Part shown: positions 9,605-18,388 of the stretch, one piece after another
Layout: each line of letters opens with the position of its first letter
Numbering within the stretch: the first letter of the stretch is position 1
NCBI GenBank assembly: GCA_048885535.1
Contig: JBHLLO010000001.1
Location: forward strand, 3,721 to 67,720
Direction of reading: 5' to 3'
Origin: Candidatus Hermodarchaeota archaeon
GTDB taxonomy: Archaea; Asgardarchaeota; Lokiarchaeia; Sigyniarchaeales; SOKP01
Length of the DNA stretch: 64,000 nucleotides
Program-made: the position numbers and the translations under genes
Notes under the pieces: generated by a model
Seen by the model: only the letters and a program-made list of their open reading frames with translations
Database searches by the model: none
Told to the model about the DNA's origin: nothing

Positions 9605-9856
9605 AGGTTTACCGCAATTAGTACAATATCGATTTTCTTTTTTTAAAGGAGTACCACAAAATGTACATAATTTCTTAATAGGGATTTCACCACATTCTAG
9701 TCATTTAGTAAAAATTTACAAAATTATAAATTAAATATCAATAATCTTAATAAATATTTATAGATATTTCATCTTCTATACAAAATAACCTTTTAAAATT
9801 GATTTCTCTAAAAGATAGATTAAGATATAATCAACTTAATTTTTATTAATGGGTTT

Positions 9857-11074
9857 CTATATTACACCTGCTTTTTTAAACTTTTTAACATCTTCGTCAG
9901 TGTAATCTAAATTTTTTAATATTTCTATTGTATCCTGACCAATCTTAGGAGCTAGGCTTCTTATAGTTAATGGAGTCCTTGAGTATTTAATTGGGGATGC
10001 AACATTTTGAATTTTTCCAAATTTAGGATGATCAAGTTCAACTATCATTTTCCTTTCCTTTATTTGTGGATCATTACAAGCCTCATTGAAACTTTTTACT
10101 GGCATAACACAAGCGTCTCTATTAATAAAAATTTTCATCCACTCATCTTGAGTTTTTTTTAAAAACTCTTTTTGCATTTCTTGAAAAGTTTCTTCTTTTT
10201 CGTCATCTAAAGCATTACCTTTAGGAATTAAATCTTCTCTACCAATACCCTTACAGATCTCGCGCCAAAACTTAATTTCAATCGCTCCAATAGATAAATA
10301 TTTGTCATCTTTAGTTTTAAAAACTGTATAAAAAGGAAAATCCCCATGAAGTGGATTTTTAGGTTGAATATTACTATCATTTATATATTTTGAAAATTCG
10401 AAAGCTGCTGCCATTGGCATAAAAGAAAAAACACAATCCGTCATAGAAATATCAATATATTGTCCTTTTTTACCTTTATTTTTATCTCTCTCGATTATTG
10501 CTGCTAAAATACTAATTACTGACACTAATCCACCTCCAATATCTGCTGCTTGTATTCCTGGCACAATTGGTTTTCTTTCTTGATCGTTCTTGCCGAAAAA
10601 TTCACGCTCTTTATTTAGATCTAGAATTCCACATATTCCAATATAATTTAAGTCATGCCCAGCAATTTGTTCATATGGACCATATTGACCATATCCAGTT
10701 AGTGAACAATAAATGATAGATGGATTTATTTCAGATACGGTATCATAATCAATTTTTAAGTTTTTAGTCACCTTTGGACGAAATGTTTCTAAAATAATAT
10801 CTGCTTTCTGTACTAATTTATAAAAAATTTTTATAGCACCCTCCTTTTTTAGATTAAGCGAAATTGATTTCTTATTCCGCATTAAAATTGAATTAAAAGC
10901 ACTTTCTCTATAACGCCCTTTCTGAAAAAAGGGAGGGGGATTTCCATATGGAAATCTTGGATCATTGATATGAATAACTTGGGCCCCTAAATCTGCTAAT
11001 ATCATAGAACAGTAAGGTCCAGGAAGCAGACGACTCAAATCTAATACTAAAATATTCTCTAAAGGCAAAACCAT
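9857..11074 (-). CDS. CoA-transferase family III (CaiB/BaiF, alpha-methylacyl-CoA racemase-like)
   Basis: 405 aa. The N-terminus VLDLSRLLPGPYCSMILADLGAQVI is the family III CoA-transferase signature. Length is typical. Confidence 0.8.
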   Translation of the reverse strand: MVLPLENILVLDLSRLLPGPYCSMILADLGAQVIHINDPRFPYGNPPPFFQKGRYRESAFNSILMRNKKSISLNLKKEGAIKIFYKLVQKADIILETFRPKVTKNLKIDYDTVSEINPSIIYCSLTGYGQYGPYEQIAGHDLNYIGICGILDLNKEREFFGKNDQERKPIVPGIQAADIGGGLVSVISILAAIIERDKNKGKKGQYIDISMTDCVFSFMPMAAAFEFSKYINDSNIQPKNPLHGDFPFYTVFKTKDDKYLSIGAIEIKFWREICKGIGREDLIPKGNALDDEKEETFQEMQKEFLKKTQDEWMKIFINRDACVMPVKSFNEACNDPQIKERKMIVELDHPKFGKIQNVASPIKYSRTPLTIRSLAPKIGQDTIEILKNLDYTDEDVKKFKKAGVI

Positions 11075-11130
11075 AATAAAGATAAATGGAAAATTATTAA
11101 AAAAGCCTTTTTAAATTTTAAAAAATAAAA

Positions 11131-11643
11131 TTATAGATATATAATTTCAGTTTCTAATTTCTGTGTATCTATTAATGCAAAAGAGCCTTGTCCTGTTAAA
11201 TAACCACACAACTCTCCAGGATTGACTATTAAAACTTCATTACTATACTTCTCATTTACAATTGAATGAGTATGACCTGATAGTATAATATTAAAGTTTC
11301 CAGAACTAGCTAAAGCTTCGATAGTTTCTTTTTTTGGCATATGGGACGCAAAAATTTTTTTTCCATCAAAATCTTTAATTAGTTCATGTCCATTCTCAGC
11401 AAATTTGCATATATCACCAAGATTTTTTTTCAAAAATACATGATCACCGTCGTTATTTCCAAATACACCATAGAAATTTTCCTTTATTGGCTGATTTAAG
11501 TTATTGAACCATTTTCTTGTAAAAGGGGAGCAATAATCACCGCAATGAATTAATAAATCTGCTTTTCTTTCATTCATGATTGAAACTGCCTTTAAAATGT
11601 TATTTTGATGGTCATGGGTATCTGAAATTACTGCTAACTTCAA
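11131..11643 (-). CDS. Metallophosphoesterase, YfcE/MJ0936 family
   Basis: 170 aa with motifs ISDTHDH, HCGDY, GNNDGD and GHTH. Confidence 0.8.
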   Translation of the reverse strand: MKLAVISDTHDHQNNILKAVSIMNERKADLLIHCGDYCSPFTRKWFNNLNQPIKENFYGVFGNNDGDHVFLKKNLGDICKFAENGHELIKDFDGKKIFASHMPKKETIEALASSGNFNIILSGHTHSIVNEKYSNEVLIVNPGELCGYLTGQGSFALIDTQKLETEIIYL

Positions 11644-11781
11644 CTCAACAACACCTCAATTCGATTTATTTGAATTAATTATTTATTGTAATAAAAACCA
11701 TAAAAATATTGTTTAGGTAAAAAGTTATATTGTAAGGTTTAATATATTTATAGCATAAAACATGAAAAAGTTGTATGCTCA

Positions 11782-12858
11782 ATGATTGAAGAATTCCTTA
11801 ATAGAGAAAAATTAGCTATTGATGCTGAATTGGAGAAATACTTCAATGGTCTTAATGAAATGGAACAAGAAATTCTCCTAAAAGATTTTATTTCTCAATT
11901 AAAGGAATTTATATTTAATAAGAAAGCAAAAAGATTACATCCCATATTATTAATTGCTAGTTTTATAGGAATTATAAATCCTAATTATTTGAGTGAGCAG
12001 ATTGACCAAATTAGGTATGTTTCCTTAGCAATGGAATTATTACATAGCGGACATCTAATCCATGATGATCTTATAGATGAAGAGGAACTGAGGAGATCTA
12101 AACCAACTTTCCATATTCAACTGAAAAAAGAATTAGAAAGCGTATATAAAAATCTTGATTTTCCCCATAAGGATGATTTGATTAATATGTATGGAAGGGA
12201 TATGAGTATCTTAGGTGGAACTCATGGATATCTACTAGGACTTAATGTAATTAAAAATTCAAAATTTCCTAATAATTTAAAGCTATTTGCAATAAATGAA
12301 TATACTGAAGCAATGGATTTTTTAATTAAGGGGCATATAATTGAAGAATATATGCATTATCATAATTTAACAATGACATTAGAACAATATCTCAATATTG
12401 CTGAAATGCAAAGAGCAAGACTTTTTGAAAAGTCAGCTAAAATAGGAGCAATTCTAGCAAAGGGGAATTTGCATTATCAAATAAAGCCATTAAGTGAGGC
12501 TCTGTTGAGAATTGGACAAGCTTCTGCTATTAGGGATGATATTCTTGATGTGAAAAATGATATAAAGAGGAAAATAAAGAAGAATTTCGTTTACATTTTA
12601 GCAATTCAGAATTCAAATGAGGACCAATCAAAAAAGTTGAATGAGATTTATCACAAAGATAATTTAACAAATGATGATATAAAACATGTAGAAAACATTT
12701 TTGCTCAGACAAATTCTGTAATTACAGCAGAGCATTTTTCAAAAAACTTGGTTTCCCAAGCAAAAAATTACTTGAAAGACATTTATCCTGATTTAAATAA
12801 AGAACAGAAAGTTTTTTTTAATGAATTCTCTGATTACATATACATGAGAGAATTTTAG
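11782..12858 (+). CDS. Polyprenyl (geranylgeranyl-type) diphosphate synthase
   Basis: 358 aa. First Asp-rich motif LIHDDLIDEEELRRSKPT and second Asp-rich motif IRDDILD. Confidence 0.8.
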   Translation: MIEEFLNREKLAIDAELEKYFNGLNEMEQEILLKDFISQLKEFIFNKKAKRLHPILLIASFIGIINPNYLSEQIDQIRYVSLAMELLHSGHLIHDDLIDEEELRRSKPTFHIQLKKELESVYKNLDFPHKDDLINMYGRDMSILGGTHGYLLGLNVIKNSKFPNNLKLFAINEYTEAMDFLIKGHIIEEYMHYHNLTMTLEQYLNIAEMQRARLFEKSAKIGAILAKGNLHYQIKPLSEALLRIGQASAIRDDILDVKNDIKRKIKKNFVYILAIQNSNEDQSKKLNEIYHKDNLTNDDIKHVENIFAQTNSVITAEHFSKNLVSQAKNYLKDIYPDLNKEQKVFFNEFSDYIYMREF

Positions 12859-12872
12859 GGTTATCTTATATT

Positions 12873-13475
12873 TTAAAATACTATAAAATTGGAGCTCTGC
12901 TTTTTAAGCATTAAATTACTTAACTTCTTAAATACTTCTACAACATTATAGTTTTCTAAGGAAGATGTTTTATAAAACCCATCCAATTCTTCCTTTTCAG
13001 CAAAATCATTAATTAAATTATCATCAACAATTTCTTCTAAGGAAGAATTTTCAACTAAGTCGAATTTACTCCCAACTAAAATTTTTGGAATTTGAGAACC
13101 ATTGGCATATTTTTTCAACTGATCACACCAAAAATCTAATTGTGTAAATGAATTCTTATTTACTAAATCAAAGACTAATAGTGCCCCATTAGCACCTCCT
13201 AGAAATTTTGGAATTAATGGTTTGAATCTATCTTGACCTCCAAAATCAAAAATTGAGTTAACAATATAGTTTTCCCCAAACATATCAATTCGATCCTGAT
13301 GGTTTATTTTTAAGTTTATAGAATGAAAATTGATACCAATAGTCATTGATGTGTCAAAATTAAATGAGTTAAAACAAAATCTATTGAACAGACATGTTTT
13401 ACCAACAGAAGGCCCTCCTATAATTACTGTTTTAAAATTAAAAATTATTCTTTTTTCTTGTTCCTGGGTTCTCAT
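12873..13475 (-). CDS. Ras-superfamily small GTPase (Rab/Ras-like)
   Basis: 200 aa. G1 GGPSVGKT; switch I Thr in DTSMTIGINF; G3 DFGGQDRF (DxxGQ); G4 GSKFDL (SKxD variant of NKxD). No C-terminal Cys prenylation motif. Confidence 0.8.
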   Translation of the reverse strand: MRTQEQEKRIIFNFKTVIIGGPSVGKTCLFNRFCFNSFNFDTSMTIGINFHSINLKINHQDRIDMFGENYIVNSIFDFGGQDRFKPLIPKFLGGANGALLVFDLVNKNSFTQLDFWCDQLKKYANGSQIPKILVGSKFDLVENSSLEEIVDDNLINDFAEKEELDGFYKTSSLENYNVVEVFKKLSNLMLKKQSSNFIVF

Positions 13476-13642
13476 AGAATTAAAATCCTACTATAATGAA
13501 GCTCTTAATTTTAAAAAATGATTCTCTTAAAAAACTAAATTTTACTTTTAAAAAAAAATTAATTAAATTTCTTTTTCATTATAATACTTAATTCTTAATT
13601 GGAAGATGGTTTAATTACATTAATATATTAATTAATATATAA

Positions 13643-14572
13643 ATGGAAGATACAGAGTTAAAAGTAGTCCCTACAGAATATATTGTTATTCGCCCTCCAA
13701 TTGAAGGTAGTTCACATTCAGTTCTAATCCCTGTCACTGGTGGTTGCTCATGGAATCGTTGCGCTTTCTGTGGGACCTATAAAGGAATGTATAATGGGAT
13801 AGTACAGAAATATGCCATACGTCCATTAGAAGAAGTATTACACGATATTGATTACTACGCAGAACATAACTATCATAACTTTCCTGTATTTTTAGCAGGA
13901 GGAAACCCTACTTCTGCTCCTACAGATTATCTTGTTAAAATTATAAAATATATAAGAATGAAAATTAGAGATGTTCCTAGGGTAAGTTGTTATGCTAAAG
14001 CCTTAGATATTCTACGAAAATCTGATGATGAACTTAAAGAATTAGCAGAAGCAGGATTAGATATCGTTTACATGGGATTAGAAAGTGGGAGTAGTATTAT
14101 ATTAAAGAAGATGAAAAAGGGAACTAACGCTGAGTCAATGATTAAAGCAGGGAAACGTGTTCTCAATGCTGGAATAAAACTAAGTCTATATATAATTCTA
14201 GGGTTAGGAGGAAAAAAACTGTCAAAAGAGCATGTGAAAGAAACAGCTAGAGTTATAACAGAAATAAATCCCACTATTTTTAGGTTCCGAACTTTAAATA
14301 TTGTTCCATTTTCAGATCTTTTTAAGGAATATAACAACGGTGAATTCGAGTTATTGAGTCCTGTCGAAAATCTCATTGAAGAGAGAGAGATTATTGCAAA
14401 TTTAGGTGAAAACGTGACTTCTGAGGTATATAATGATCATTTTATAAATTATTGTGATTTCGAATCTCAAAATATAAAAAATGATAGAAAACTCTTTCTT
14501 AAGGCTCTTGATGCTCTAATTGAAAATCCTAAAATTCAATCATTACCAAGAATAAACTATACAAGATTGTAA
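13643..14572 (+). CDS. Radical SAM domain protein (paralog of 4073..4996)
   Basis: 309 aa. GGCSWNRCAFCG is a C-x4-C-x2-C variant of the cluster motif. YMGLESG and GLGG align with the paralog. Confidence 0.75.
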   Translation: MEDTELKVVPTEYIVIRPPIEGSSHSVLIPVTGGCSWNRCAFCGTYKGMYNGIVQKYAIRPLEEVLHDIDYYAEHNYHNFPVFLAGGNPTSAPTDYLVKIIKYIRMKIRDVPRVSCYAKALDILRKSDDELKELAEAGLDIVYMGLESGSSIILKKMKKGTNAESMIKAGKRVLNAGIKLSLYIILGLGGKKLSKEHVKETARVITEINPTIFRFRTLNIVPFSDLFKEYNNGEFELLSPVENLIEEREIIANLGENVTSEVYNDHFINYCDFESQNIKNDRKLFLKALDALIENPKIQSLPRINYTRL

Positions 14573-14708
14573 TCTACAATTGATGAAAACTATATATTTA
14601 TCATATTATAAATTGATAAAGTTTTATAATATGTTGCTTCTTTATTAATAATATTTAAATCTTAAATCAAATTGAATCAAATCTTTAAAATCATTCAGAA
14701 GGATAAAA

Positions 14709-16175
14709 ATGTCAGATTACTATCGAAAAAAAGTCCATTCGGACAATATCGTGGCAACATTTGATGATATACTTATTCAACCAGGCTATACAAATTTTGA
14801 GCCAAATGAAATAGATATAACCTCGAATTTAGGCCTCTATCATTTTAATCTACCTATTATGTCAGCGGCTATGGATACTGTAACTGAGGAAGTAATGGCC
14901 ATTAAAATGGCTTTACTTGGGGGATTAGGGGTTCTTCATCGAAATTGTTCATATGAAAAACAACTACAAATGGTCAGAATTGTAAAGAGAGCTAGATCGT
15001 TCATTATTGATGATGTTGCAACTATAAATCCTAATGATCCGATGACTAAAGCAAAATATATAATGGACAATTATAATATCAGCGGACTCGTTGTGACTAA
15101 CGAAGAAAAAAAAGTATGTGGTATTCTAACAAAAAGAGATTTGCCATTTCTAGATACAGATATTAAAAAAGGTAAAGTAAAGGACTATATGTCTAAAGAT
15201 GTAATATCAATTCCACCTGGGGCATCAAGGGAAGAGGCATTAAATATGCTTTTTAAATATAGAATTGAAAAACTACCTGTAATTGAGAATGGGTATTTAA
15301 AAGGTTTAATTACTAAAAAGGATTTAGCTCCAGAATTCCCTTTAGCTTCAATGGATAACGAAGGACATTTAATTTGTGCCTTAGCTTTATCCCCAAAATT
15401 TCCTGAATCGACACAAACCCAAAATATGTTAAAGGAGATTGATAAGTATGTAGATATTTTCTTTATTGATGTAGCAGACTTTTACAAAATTGCAGATATT
15501 AACGGTACAAAAAAATTAATGGATTTTTTGGAGTCTAATTTTGTTTTGGGTAATATTGGAACTTATGAAGCCGCTGAACATATAATCTCAAAATGCGATT
15601 TAATTGAGGATAGATTTATTGGATTAAAGGTTGGAATGGGCTCGGGTTCAATTTGCACAACTTCAATACAAACAGGAGTAGGTGCTCCGACATTATACGC
15701 AACAGCTCAAGTCGCGGATGCTATTAATGATTATAGACCAAACCTTTCATTAATCGCTGATGGGGGTTTCAAAAATCCAGGGGATATCCCAAAAGCTTTC
15801 ACTGCAGGGGCAGATTTAATTATGTCTGGACATTTATTTGCAGGCTGTACAGAAAGTCCTGGCTATATTGATACTATTCAAGGGCAAAAAGTAAAAGTAT
15901 ATAGAGGAATGGGAAGTAAAGAAGCCAGAACCTCTGGTTACATATCAGATCGTTATATAGAAGGTTCCAAGGTGCTCGCTGAAGGAATTTCAGCATACAT
16001 ACCTTATGTTGGAGATTTGAGTGGTGTTGTTATGTCATTAAAGGAAGGATTAATTAATGGAATGGTATATGCTGGAGCAAAAGAAATTAAAGATTTGAAA
16101 AAAGTGAAAGTAGGAATAATTACTTCCTTTGGACGTCAAGAAGTAAGAACACACGATTTAATTGGAAAGTATTGA
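14709..16175 (+). CDS. guaB: IMP dehydrogenase with CBS pair
   Basis: 488 aa. N-terminal FDDILIQPGYTNF, an internal CBS pair, catalytic loop GLKVGMGSGSICTT, and GGFKNPGDIPKAF. Confidence 0.9.
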   Translation: MSDYYRKKVHSDNIVATFDDILIQPGYTNFEPNEIDITSNLGLYHFNLPIMSAAMDTVTEEVMAIKMALLGGLGVLHRNCSYEKQLQMVRIVKRARSFIIDDVATINPNDPMTKAKYIMDNYNISGLVVTNEEKKVCGILTKRDLPFLDTDIKKGKVKDYMSKDVISIPPGASREEALNMLFKYRIEKLPVIENGYLKGLITKKDLAPEFPLASMDNEGHLICALALSPKFPESTQTQNMLKEIDKYVDIFFIDVADFYKIADINGTKKLMDFLESNFVLGNIGTYEAAEHIISKCDLIEDRFIGLKVGMGSGSICTTSIQTGVGAPTLYATAQVADAINDYRPNLSLIADGGFKNPGDIPKAFTAGADLIMSGHLFAGCTESPGYIDTIQGQKVKVYRGMGSKEARTSGYISDRYIEGSKVLAEGISAYIPYVGDLSGVVMSLKEGLINGMVYAGAKEIKDLKKVKVGIITSFGRQEVRTHDLIGKY

Positions 16176-16331
16176 AGATGTTGATCAGTTTCTAAGGAAT
16201 TTTTCTAGTAGAGATTATAATTACTAAAACTACTTTAATTTTAATTTATTTTTAATAAATTTATATAGATATAGTTTAAAATCATCGCGAAATTTGCTTA
16301 ATTAAGATAAGTACGAATTAGATGATCTATT

Positions 16332-17936
16332 ATGAAAAAAATTGAAAGGGCAATAATAAGTGTTTTTGATAAAAAAGGACTGATTCCTTTTGTAAAGGTA
16401 TTAGTTAATGAGTTTAAAATTGAAATAATGTCTACAGGTGGTACTGGGGACTTATTGGAAAAAAATGGAATTAAATACAAAAAAATTTCAGACTATACAG
16501 AAAGCCCAGAAATGTTTAATGGTAGAGTTAAAACACTACATCCAAAAATCGAAGGAGGTATTTTATATCGTAGAAATCTACAGAGGGATATTGAAGATGC
16601 AACTAAATATAATATAAAGTCAATAGATATGGTTGTTTGCAATCTATATCAGTTTAAAGAGGCGATAGAGCAACCTGGAATGCCAATTGAAGACGCATTA
16701 GAGTTAATCGATATTGGAGGACCTACAATGATTCGAGCAGCAGCAAAAAATTTTCCTGATGTAATTGTTATTCCTAGCCCAGATTATTATTCAGATATTA
16801 TTGAAGAATTAAGAAAGTATAAGGGTGCAATAACTGAACAAACAAGATTAATATTAGCACAAGATGTTTTTGCTATTATGGCAGATTATAATGCAGCTAT
16901 TGCTAATTACCTTCAGAAGTATTATAATCCTAACGCTAGACTGCCAAATAATTTAATAAAAACTTATGAAAAAGTCCAAGATTGTAGATATGGGGAAAAT
17001 CAAGATCAAGTTGCTGCTTATTATAAAGATTTATCAACTGAATTTGGATTGTATAATTTTAAACAACTAAGTGGAAAACAAATCTCTTTTAATAATTATT
17101 TGGATATTGACTCTTGCATTCAAATGCTTTTGGATTTTAATAAAGATGAGTATGTAACTGCAATTCTTAAGCATACTTCTCCAAATGGAGTCGCTATTGA
17201 TAATAATAGCTTATTAAGATCAGTAAAAATGGCTTATTCTTGTGATCCACTCTCTGCATTTGGAGGAATTTGGGGCGTAAATAAAATACTCACCAAGGAT
17301 GTAGCAGATTTTATTGTTAATCAAGAAAAAATCTTCGTAGAGGTTATTTTAGCTCCTAGTTATGAAGAAGAGGCTTTAAAAGTGTTGAAACAAAAAGCTA
17401 ACATGATAATTCTTGAATTTGGAAACTTTCTCGATAAAAAGGATGAGATTTATAAACAGTTAGATATCAGAACAACTCTAGGAGGTGCAATCATTCAGGA
17501 ATATGATTACAAGCCTCTGATTAAGGAATGGAAGGTTGTGAGCAAAAGAAATGTAAACGATATTGAAAAGAAGGCATTGATTTTTGCGTATAGAGTTTCT
17601 AAATGGGCAAAATCGAATTCTGCTTGCTTTGCACAGCTTTATGATGGTGGAATTTATACTATAGGTATTGGTGCTGGACAACAGTCTAGAGTTCATGTCG
17701 TAAGACTTGCTGCTCAAAAAGCGATTGAGTTCGGTCATGAAAGTGAGTTAAAAGATTCTTTTATGGGAACTGATTCTTTTTTTCCATTTCCAGATGGATT
17801 AGAAGCAGCTGTAAATGCAGGTGCTAAGGCTATAATCAACCCTGGCGGTTCTATTAGAGATCCCCAAGTAATTCAAAAGGCTGATGAATTGAATTGTGCC
17901 TTAGTTTTTTGTGGTAAGAGAGTTTTTCGGCATTAG
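16332..17936 (+). CDS. purH: Bifunctional AICAR transformylase / IMP cyclohydrolase
   Basis: 534 aa. MGS-like N-terminus RAIISVFDKKGL...STGGTGDLL, VKTLHPKIEGGIL, and C-terminal AICARFT domain ending INPGGSIRD...ALVFCGKRVFRH. Confidence 0.9.
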   Translation: MKKIERAIISVFDKKGLIPFVKVLVNEFKIEIMSTGGTGDLLEKNGIKYKKISDYTESPEMFNGRVKTLHPKIEGGILYRRNLQRDIEDATKYNIKSIDMVVCNLYQFKEAIEQPGMPIEDALELIDIGGPTMIRAAAKNFPDVIVIPSPDYYSDIIEELRKYKGAITEQTRLILAQDVFAIMADYNAAIANYLQKYYNPNARLPNNLIKTYEKVQDCRYGENQDQVAAYYKDLSTEFGLYNFKQLSGKQISFNNYLDIDSCIQMLLDFNKDEYVTAILKHTSPNGVAIDNNSLLRSVKMAYSCDPLSAFGGIWGVNKILTKDVADFIVNQEKIFVEVILAPSYEEEALKVLKQKANMIILEFGNFLDKKDEIYKQLDIRTTLGGAIIQEYDYKPLIKEWKVVSKRNVNDIEKKALIFAYRVSKWAKSNSACFAQLYDGGIYTIGIGAGQQSRVHVVRLAAQKAIEFGHESELKDSFMGTDSFFPFPDGLEAAVNAGAKAIINPGGSIRDPQVIQKADELNCALVFCGKRVFRH

Positions 17937-18099
17937 GGTTTTGATTGATTAAACCTTGGAATTCCTTAATTTATCTCCAATTTTTAAAGAGATACCATTT
18001 TTATATAATTTTTAGGTAGAAGAAAAAAACTTTATAAACATCTGAGTATAACTAAATATACGAATTATTAAATAACAAATAATCCTAACCGACGATTTT

Positions 18100-18384
18100 A
18101 TGGACTTTTTCTTAAAAAATTTACGGGAAACTCTTCAAGCTATTAATAAGTTAATTGATAATAACGTAAATATTGTGAATACAAAAAGAATAAGAAGATG
18201 TAACAACATAAAGTCATCTAATCGCTCAAAAATTAACTTTATCTGGCGCTCGTTAGATTTCCTTGAAAAAGAAGGTATTTTAGAGATTAATGGCTCTTAT
18301 AGTCCAAAAACTTATAAGATTAAATTAAACGAAAAAATAAATATTGATAAGTTAATGACTCAGATTGAACAAGAAAGAGTTTAG
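18100..18384 (+). CDS. Small hypothetical protein, possible winged-helix fold
   Basis: 94-aa basic ORF. FIWRSLDFLEKEGILEINGSYSPKTYKI resembles a wHTH recognition helix plus wing. No stronger support. Confidence 0.35.
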   Translation: MDFFLKNLRETLQAINKLIDNNVNIVNTKRIRRCNNIKSSNRSKINFIWRSLDFLEKEGILEINGSYSPKTYKIKLNEKINIDKLMTQIEQERV

Positions 18385-18388
18385 TACA

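Noticed and set aside
13623-13640. 18-bp perfect palindrome atatattaattaatatat ending 3 nt before the radical SAM start codon
   Set aside because: It is made only of A and T in a highly AT-rich spacer, so such palindromes are expected by chance. It is too close to the ATG to be the TATA box of this gene. It was not pursued beyond this note.
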